Assembly: GCA_965215195.1 (NCBI GenBank)
Contig: CBDCDC010000001.1
Location: forward strand, 256,001 to 320,000
Origin: Candidatus Latescibacterota bacterium
Lineage (GTDB): Bacteria > Latescibacterota > UBA2968 > UBA8231
Length of the DNA stretch: 64,000 bases
Reading direction: 5' to 3'
Shown here piece by piece: positions 58,065 to 64,000 of the stretch. The notes under the pieces are model-generated. The model did no database searches, was not told the origin of the DNA, and saw only the letters and a program-made list of their open reading frames with translations. Each line of letters begins with the position of its first letter. The stretch's first letter is position 1. Both the position numbers and the translations under genes were made by a program.

Positions 58065-58092
58065 TTCTCCTTTCATAGCGGTCAATTTTCGA

Positions 58093-58168
58093 GCGAGAGT
58101 AGCTCAGTTGGTAGAGCTCCACGTTGCCAACGTGGTTGTCGCGGGTTCGAGTCCCGTCTCTCGCTCCA
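58093..58168 (+). tRNA. tRNA-Gly(GCC)
   Basis: GCGAGAGTAGCTCAGTTGGTAGAGCTCCACGTTGCCAACGTGGTTGTCGCGGGTTCGAGTCCCGTCTCTCGCTCCA. Confidence 0.97.
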
Positions 58169-58210
58169 TTTTTTTGCCTTCTCAAAAATATAGCTAAAGG
58201 CCCTCTGGGG

Positions 58211-58247
58211 AAAAGGCCGATCCGTTGGCGCGGATCGGCCTTTTTTT
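58211..58247. terminator. Bidirectional terminator
   Basis: AAAAGGCCGATCCG-TTGGCG-CGGATCGGCCTTTTTTT between tRNA-Gly and the convergent MMPL operon. Confidence 0.85.
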
Positions 58248-58429
58248 AGCTAATGGCGGACCTGAGCCAAGCTCAGCACTTGGACCGCCTTCCCCCGCTG
58301 GCGCAGCGTCTCCAAGCCGCGGCGAGCCGGGCTGTCGGGGGCAAATCGCCCCAGATATTGAGCTTGCCGGTCTGGTAGTAGGTGGCCGCGCCGGCCGCAG
58401 CCAAGCCGACAATGCCGACGCGCATGGGG

Positions 58430-60823
58430 CTAGAGCTTCTCAGCGCGGCGCTCGCGGATTTGCAGCAGGGCCGGCAGTAGGGTGACGGACGTGATAAAAC
58501 AGGACCCCAAGCCCACCAGCGAGAGCACGCCAATCGACGAGAGCGCCGGATGGATGGCCGGCACCAATCCCGAGAAGCCGACCATCGTCGTCAGGGAAGT
58601 AGCCAACAGCGCGACCCCGGTCGTGCGCAACACCAAGCGCAGGGAGCCGCGGCCGACCTCTTGGTAGCGGTGGAAGATGTGGACGCTGTTGTCAATGCCC
58701 ATGCCGATGATGGTCGGGAAGGCCACCATGTTGTAGAGGTTGAGCTTGATGTCAAACGCATACATGAAGCCCACGACCCACACCAAGGCGTTCACAAGCG
58801 GCGTGAGCACCAGCAGGGCATTGACCAAACTCCGCAGGTCAATGAGCAGCACCACCGCTACTACCGCGAGCGTGAGGATCACGGCGAGGGAGCTGTCTTC
58901 GAGCATGACCTTGAGCATTTCGGCGACGATGATGTGCGAGCTAGAGGCTATGTAGGTCGTGCCCGTCGGCGTTTCAATGCGGCTGATTTCCTCGGCAAAG
59001 CGGATGGCGTCTTTCCCGTCCTTGAGCTCGACCGCGGCGTTGATCGCCACGAAGTTGAGGATGTTGCCGTCCTTGTCCTTGAACTCGTTGGTCAAGTCCG
59101 CAGGCAGGTCGTAGAGCGTTAGCTTCTCCACGTTGAGGTACGGGCGCAGCGAATCCAGTTTAGCCCGCTCGCTCTCGCTGAACAGGCCCTCTTCCCGGTC
59201 GAGCAAGGCGCGAATGTCGGCGATGAGCGCCAGCTTGTCGTCTTGGTCTTGCGGCAGGGCCGAGTACACGCTCTTGACGCTGAGGACCGTAGAGGAGTCG
59301 CCGTGAGCGGCCTTGATGCGCTCAACCGTGCGCACCACCTCCATGGCCTCGTCGTAGCTTTCGGTCAGGACGATGGCCGGCGAGCGGCCCTCCTTCAGGC
59401 TCTGGGGCAGGCTGCCCTTGTTGATGTTGGGCGGCGGCGCGGGCTTGAGCTTGCTGAAGTCGTATTCAAATTCCAAAGCGCCGAGGTGGTACAGGGAGTA
59501 CCCGGTGATCACCGCACCTATCAGCAAGGTAGCCCAAGGCTTTGGGTAGCGGCCGGTGCGCCACAGGACGCTTCGCTTGCGGATCGGGATGATCCACCGC
59601 AGGCGCTCGGCGAGGACGATGAAGGCCGGGCATATAGCGACCATGGCCACCAGCGAGAACAGGATGCCGGTGCCCACGATAAAGCCGAACTCCGAGAAGC
59701 CCTTAAAATCCGTCAACAGCAGCGAATAAAAGGCGACCGAAGTAGTGAGCGCGGTCGTCGTAAGGGCCTTGCCCGTGTGCCGCACGGTCACGGTCAGGGC
59801 CTGTTCGATGTCCATGCCTCGGCGGCGGGCCTCGCGGTAGCGGGCGAAGATGTGAATGCCAAAGTCGATGCCCAGCCCAAAGAGGATGGCGAAAAGCCCC
59901 ACGGTGATCATGTTGAGGCTGCCGATGGCCAAGTAGGTGACGCCAAAAGTCCACGTCAAACTCATCAGCAGCGGCAAGGTGATGAAGAGCGAGCCAATCA
60001 CCTGGCGGAAGAACAGGGTGATGAGCAAGAGCACGCCGACGATGCTGTACAAGGCCGTTGACTTGAGGTCTCGCATAATGATCGTGAATTGGTTGGCGCT
60101 GTTTTGGAAACTGCCCTTGTACACGCATTCAATGCTGGGATGGAAGCGCTGCGGGCCAATGGCGGCAATGGTCTGGTCGAGGTGGTCGATCAGGGCCTGC
60201 GAGAAGACGACGTCCGTGGTGAGCCCGGCCGGATAGAGCCGCAGGATGACGCCGTTGCCCTCTCGCGTGAGGAAGTACTGGCGATATTGCTCGGCGACCG
60301 CTGCGCCATCCTGCTGGTACTTGGCCTCGATATCCGCAAAGTCGAGCACTTGCTCTTCCTCGTCGTCAAAGGCAAAGTAGAGCGGCGACTGCTTGAGCTT
60401 TTGCAACGCTACGTGTTCGTCGAGGCGGCGGCTGATTTCTCGCAGGTCCTCTAAGTCCATGTAGAGGAGCTGGTTTTTTTCGAGGAGATCCTTTTTGCTG
60501 TCGAGGCGGCTCACCGAGCTAATCAGCGGGCTGTGCTCGAGCGAATCGGCCAAGACCAGCATGAAGGAAACGGCCGCGCCCAAGTCGTCGCTGGTAATGA
60601 CGACCATCAGCGGGCCGATGCCGCCGATGCGCGCCTTGATGCGATTGAGTTCGCTAACGCTGACGTACTCGTCGGACAGCAGATCGGCGAAGTCGGTCTT
60701 GATGTTTTGGGCCAGCTTGGCGGCAAAAAATCCGGCAAATACCGACAGCACCGTGGCCAGCGCGATTATGCCGATGTAGTGGTGGTAGATGTAGCGGACC
60801 AAGCGCTGGTGGCTTATGGGCAT
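58430..60823 (-). CDS. MMPL/RND-superfamily lipid transporter (HpnN-like)
   Basis: Two TM repeats with GLGIDFGIH and GMGIDNSVH; large periplasmic loops. Confidence 0.9.
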   Translation of the reverse strand: MPISHQRLVRYIYHHYIGIIALATVLSVFAGFFAAKLAQNIKTDFADLLSDEYVSVSELNRIKARIGGIGPLMVVITSDDLGAAVSFMLVLADSLEHSPLISSVSRLDSKKDLLEKNQLLYMDLEDLREISRRLDEHVALQKLKQSPLYFAFDDEEEQVLDFADIEAKYQQDGAAVAEQYRQYFLTREGNGVILRLYPAGLTTDVVFSQALIDHLDQTIAAIGPQRFHPSIECVYKGSFQNSANQFTIIMRDLKSTALYSIVGVLLLITLFFRQVIGSLFITLPLLMSLTWTFGVTYLAIGSLNMITVGLFAILFGLGIDFGIHIFARYREARRRGMDIEQALTVTVRHTGKALTTTALTTSVAFYSLLLTDFKGFSEFGFIVGTGILFSLVAMVAICPAFIVLAERLRWIIPIRKRSVLWRTGRYPKPWATLLIGAVITGYSLYHLGALEFEYDFSKLKPAPPPNINKGSLPQSLKEGRSPAIVLTESYDEAMEVVRTVERIKAAHGDSSTVLSVKSVYSALPQDQDDKLALIADIRALLDREEGLFSESERAKLDSLRPYLNVEKLTLYDLPADLTNEFKDKDGNILNFVAINAAVELKDGKDAIRFAEEISRIETPTGTTYIASSSHIIVAEMLKVMLEDSSLAVILTLAVVAVVLLIDLRSLVNALLVLTPLVNALVWVVGFMYAFDIKLNLYNMVAFPTIIGMGIDNSVHIFHRYQEVGRGSLRLVLRTTGVALLATSLTTMVGFSGLVPAIHPALSSIGVLSLVGLGSCFITSVTLLPALLQIRERRAEKL

Positions 60824-60832
60824 GGCGAAGGG

Positions 60833-61456
60833 TTAATCCCGGGTTGCACCGCCTGAAGGCGGCGAGAGAGCCGCTTCGCGCAGGCGGGCCAACTGCTTGT
60901 CGAGCTGGGCGATTAGCCGCTCGTAGCCATTCTTCTCGATGTAGCGGGCATAGCGCCGCCGGTTGCCCTCGGCCGTGCTGACGCCGTCGATGACCAAGTC
61001 GTATATCCGCCACAAACCCTCTACCCGATGGAGCTTGTACTCGATCTCTATTTGCTCATCCCGCACCGGTGCCAGCGCTTGGACGACAGCCGCGTCCCCT
61101 TGCACCTCGGCCGACTCGTAGCGGAACTCGCCCTCGCGGTAGTAGCGGGAGAAGCTGGCAAAATTCTGCTCGCGGATGATGCTGCTGAAGGTCTCGGCGA
61201 AGTGGTCGCGCTCGGCCGGGGAGCGTTTTTCCCAGTAGTCCCCCAAGGCGAGGCGGCTCAATTCCCGGAAGTCAAAGGCCGCGTTGATGTGCTTTTTGAT
61301 CTCTTCCCGCACGGCCGGGGGCAGGGAGTCGGCCGGTGCGGCGGCGAGGATGGCCTGCACCTCGGCATCGTGGCTTTTGAGGAAGGCGATGGGATCGTCC
61401 TCTGCGGCCGCGCTGGCCGCCGCTGCGGCGCAGAGGGCGCACCATAGCATTTTCAT
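60833..61456 (-). CDS. MlaC/Ttg2D-family periplasmic lipid-binding protein
   Basis: Signal peptide; FDFRELSRLALG..W, IEYKL...WRIYDLVIDGVS. Confidence 0.88.
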   Translation of the reverse strand: MKMLWCALCAAAAASAAAEDDPIAFLKSHDAEVQAILAAAPADSLPPAVREEIKKHINAAFDFRELSRLALGDYWEKRSPAERDHFAETFSSIIREQNFASFSRYYREGEFRYESAEVQGDAAVVQALAPVRDEQIEIEYKLHRVEGLWRIYDLVIDGVSTAEGNRRRYARYIEKNGYERLIAQLDKQLARLREAALSPPSGGATRD

Positions 61457-62748
61457 TGCGAATTCTCCTCTAGTAGGTACGCGCCGTTGGGAGCGGGGAG
61501 TCCGCCGCAGTAGTTGGCGACGCGCCCGCCGTCAAAGGCTTGGCGCGTCCAGACTCGCAGGTCTGCGTAGTACGCTTCGGCGTATGAGCGGGTCGAGTTG
61601 GCGTCTGTCAGCAGCCCCAAGCCGATGGTGCGCTTGGCCGGCCGACCGCCGAGCTTTTCCCGGTGGTGCTTCTCCAAGTCGACGACCTCAAAGGTCCATT
61701 TGCCCAAATTGGTCGCGCCGCTTTCGACGACGAAAAACCAAGGCCGGAATATCTTGTCGCGCCTCCCCACCGTGCCTTCGGGCAAGGTCGTGCTCCACAC
61801 GTATTTGAGCTGTTTGGGGACCCCCAGCCAATTCTTGGAGAAGATGACGTACACGCCGGCCGCGCTGTCGTTGGCGTCGTCGAGGAACTCGTTGCCGCCC
61901 AGCGGCAGGGCCGCGGCCCGCCAGCACCAAGTCATAATCGGGTACTGGCGGGGATTCCAGTGGACTAATTTTCCCACGATGACCGAGTGGCTCGAATCGC
62001 GCGCCGCCATGTAGCGCCGCGGGCGGCCCTCTATGCGGTAGAGCACGGGTTTGTGGCGGTCCTTTTTCTTCCACGGCCCCCAGTCCATGGGCCGGGACCC
62101 GTTCCACGTAGCGGCAAAGTCGTCGAGGACGACAAACTCGCGCTCGGCGAGCTGGGCTTCGAGCACTTGCGGAGAATAGCGGCCGTTGAGGATGGCTCGG
62201 TGGCGCCGTCGGTAGTGGCCGGAGAGGGGCTGGCCGTCGATCTTGAGCTCGGTCGCTTTCCACGTTCCGGCCACTGAGATCAAGTCGGCCTCAACGGCGA
62301 CAGTGCGATCTGCAAACAGAGCGCGGAACACGGCTCGCCCCTGCCGTCCGCTCACCTCGAAACGCTCTATCTGCACTTCGTCCAAGCCGGCGAGCTGGGC
62401 GACCAGATCCGCGCGGAGGCGGTGCTGGTACGCCCGCAGTACGCGGCTGCGATGGTGTTCGACGAGATCCTTAAAGCGCGGAGGCGGGAGCAGGTCTTGG
62501 TACGCATGGAGCGACTTTGCCAGATAGCCCCGAAAGGTCGCGGCCGCCAGCGAATCCAACGCCAGATTCTCGCGCACCAACTGCTCGGCCATTTTGGCGT
62601 GCAAGCCATCCGAGTCGAGCAGCGCGTTTAGCTGGTCCACGACCGCGAACAGCCCGCTCGCGTCAGCCCACCCATCATCTGGGCTAACCAACCCCAAAGA
62701 CAAGCACAACAGCAGGGCCGCGCTAAGGCGGCGAGAGAATCGCTTCAT
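61453..62748 (-). CDS. MlaC-like domain fused to DUF3047-like domain, exported
   Basis: Signal peptide; WKATELKIDGQPL..HYR (MlaC-like); YPIMTWCWR..LP, DSAAGVYVIF, LKYVWS, LLTDANST...AYYADL (DUF3047-like). Confidence 0.7.
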   Translation of the reverse strand: MKRFSRRLSAALLLCLSLGLVSPDDGWADASGLFAVVDQLNALLDSDGLHAKMAEQLVRENLALDSLAAATFRGYLAKSLHAYQDLLPPPRFKDLVEHHRSRVLRAYQHRLRADLVAQLAGLDEVQIERFEVSGRQGRAVFRALFADRTVAVEADLISVAGTWKATELKIDGQPLSGHYRRRHRAILNGRYSPQVLEAQLAEREFVVLDDFAATWNGSRPMDWGPWKKKDRHKPVLYRIEGRPRRYMAARDSSHSVIVGKLVHWNPRQYPIMTWCWRAAALPLGGNEFLDDANDSAAGVYVIFSKNWLGVPKQLKYVWSTTLPEGTVGRRDKIFRPWFFVVESGATNLGKWTFEVVDLEKHHREKLGGRPAKRTIGLGLLTDANSTRSYAEAYYADLRVWTRQAFDGGRVANYCGGLPAPNGAYLLEENSQ

Positions 62749-64000
62749 CGCGGGGAATCAGTTCGAGGCCGCCGGTGGCCTTTTCGAGGCGGACGACGCT
62801 GAGGTTGAAGTCGTACAGGGCTTGGCCGTAGCCTTGTTCGCGGCGGGCCCAAGTCTCAAAGGCGGCGATCAAGTCGCCGATGGTCTGCGGGTCGAACTCA
62901 AAATCGTCGCGGGCTTCCCGCAGCCACTGCCGGGCCAATTGCCGACTCTTGCGCGCACCTTGCAAATCGCGGTCGGCGCGGCGATAGTCCAAATAGGCGC
63001 GCTGGACATCTAAGCGGATCCCCTCCTGTGCGCCCGGGACGTGCGCTTCGAGTGCGCGGTATTCAGCGCGGGCCCTATCCACATCCGCTGCCAACAAGTG
63101 CCATTCCAAGGATTGCCGCACTCCGATGAAGACGCCGCCGTTAAAAAAGTTGAACTCGTCTTTGACGAATGGGTTCCGCTGGTCCGTGCGCCCGGGGGCC
63201 ACGGCGTAGCGCAAGCCGCCGCCGATGAACACTTGGGGCTGGTACGCGGCGCGAGCGGCTTGCGCGAGGGCCTGTTTGGCGGCGAGGCCCGCTTGCAGCT
63301 TGCGCCATTCCGGTCGCCGGCCGATGGCTTGTGCGACCAGCTCGTCTAAGGGCGGGACCGAGGCCGCCACCGGCGCGAGTCGCTCGGCGCGCAGCAAGAG
63401 CGGCACCTCGCGGGGCAGGCCCGTGCGCCAAGCCAGTGCCGCCCGCGCCAAAGCCAATTGGTCGCCCACCTCGCGCTGCTGCTGGGCCAAGTCGAGCTGG
63501 GCCAGCCGCAGCTTGTAGCGGTCCGATGGCGAAAGCGCGGGGTCGTCTTCCAAGCCCTCGGCTCGGCTGGCTAGCTCATCGCTCACGCGCTGGGCCAAGG
63601 CGTTTAGGTCTTGGGCCAACAGCAGCCCGTAGTACAGCTCCTTGACGGCAAAGGCCACGTCCAACCGGGCCTGCGACAGGTCGGACTGCTCCACATCGAT
63701 CCCGCGGGTGGCGGCCTCGTCTAAATGGCGACCGAGGCTAAAGGGATAGAGCGGCTGCACAAATTCCAGCTCGGCGCGCGCAAAAGGCCCCAAAGACCGG
63801 ATGCCCGTGGTGTCGGCGGGCGGGTTGAACACACTGCCCATGGCGTCTGGGACTAGGCCGCTTTCGCTGTCGATGCGCAGGCGGGGGAGAACCTTGGCGG
63901 CCGCAACTTGGCGGTGCCGGGCCGCGGCCGACTCAACCTTCCAGCGGCCGCTCGCAACGTCGCCATCGCGGTCCAAGGCGCGGTCGATAAGCTCAGCGAG
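62723..64000 (-). CDS. TolC-family outer-membrane protein, 5'-truncated by window edge
   Basis: VQPLY, VKELYYGLLLA, RRPE, DVQRAY, LEKATG; frame open to window end. Confidence 0.85.
   Translation of the reverse strand, partial: LAELIDRALDRDGDVASGRWKVESAAARHRQVAAAKVLPRLRIDSESGLVPDAMGSVFNPPADTTGIRSLGPFARAELEFVQPLYPFSLGRHLDEAATRGIDVEQSDLSQARLDVAFAVKELYYGLLLAQDLNALAQRVSDELASRAEGLEDDPALSPSDRYKLRLAQLDLAQQQREVGDQLALARAALAWRTGLPREVPLLLRAERLAPVAASVPPLDELVAQAIGRRPEWRKLQAGLAAKQALAQAARAAYQPQVFIGGGLRYAVAPGRTDQRNPFVKDEFNFFNGGVFIGVRQSLEWHLLAADVDRARAEYRALEAHVPGAQEGIRLDVQRAYLDYRRADRDLQGARKSRQLARQWLREARDDFEFDPQTIGDLIAAFETWARREQGYGQALYDFNLSVVRLEKATGGLELIPRDEAILSPP

Overview
GC-rich bacterial chromosome segment, mostly housekeeping and cell-envelope genes. 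Gene content (SprA-like barrel, a secreted protein ending in TAVQSASWGQIK, Minf_1886-like and YtfIJ-like genes) suggests an FCB-group lineage such as Candidatus Latescibacterota; this is inference. Left to right: partial sprA-like gene, comEA, pilM, pilN/O-like gene, coaD, dprA; feoAB with a palindromic operator; sugar TIM-barrel; AAA-nuclease; PLP enzyme, anmK, M16C protease; ECF sigma/anti-sigma; MFS; FGE-like secreted protein; an intact IS982-family element (16-bp TIRs, 5-bp TSD) between tRNA-Phe and a terminator; murA; second AAA-nuclease; glgB; a split dpp ABC transporter; an ABC-ATPase whose DUF4276-like partner is truncated and fused in frame to a TPR lipoprotein; an orphan antitoxin; a double-spondin lipoprotein with DGDA repeats; larC operon; M23 peptidase; rlmN; ytfIJ-like pair; PBP1A; a TPR/FG-GAP gene split at a C_CCA_AAG slippery heptamer; tRNA-Gly; and a TolC/MlaC-DUF3047/MlaC/MMPL operon. 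Best leads: an SprA-based T9SS-like export route with a short WGxIK C-terminal signal, the possible -1 frameshift, the defence-gene/TPR chimera, the MMPL-MlaC-TolC operon, and an apparent CCWGG-decay mutational signature. No CRISPR array or rRNA was seen. Family assignments are from motif recognition by eye; no searches were run.
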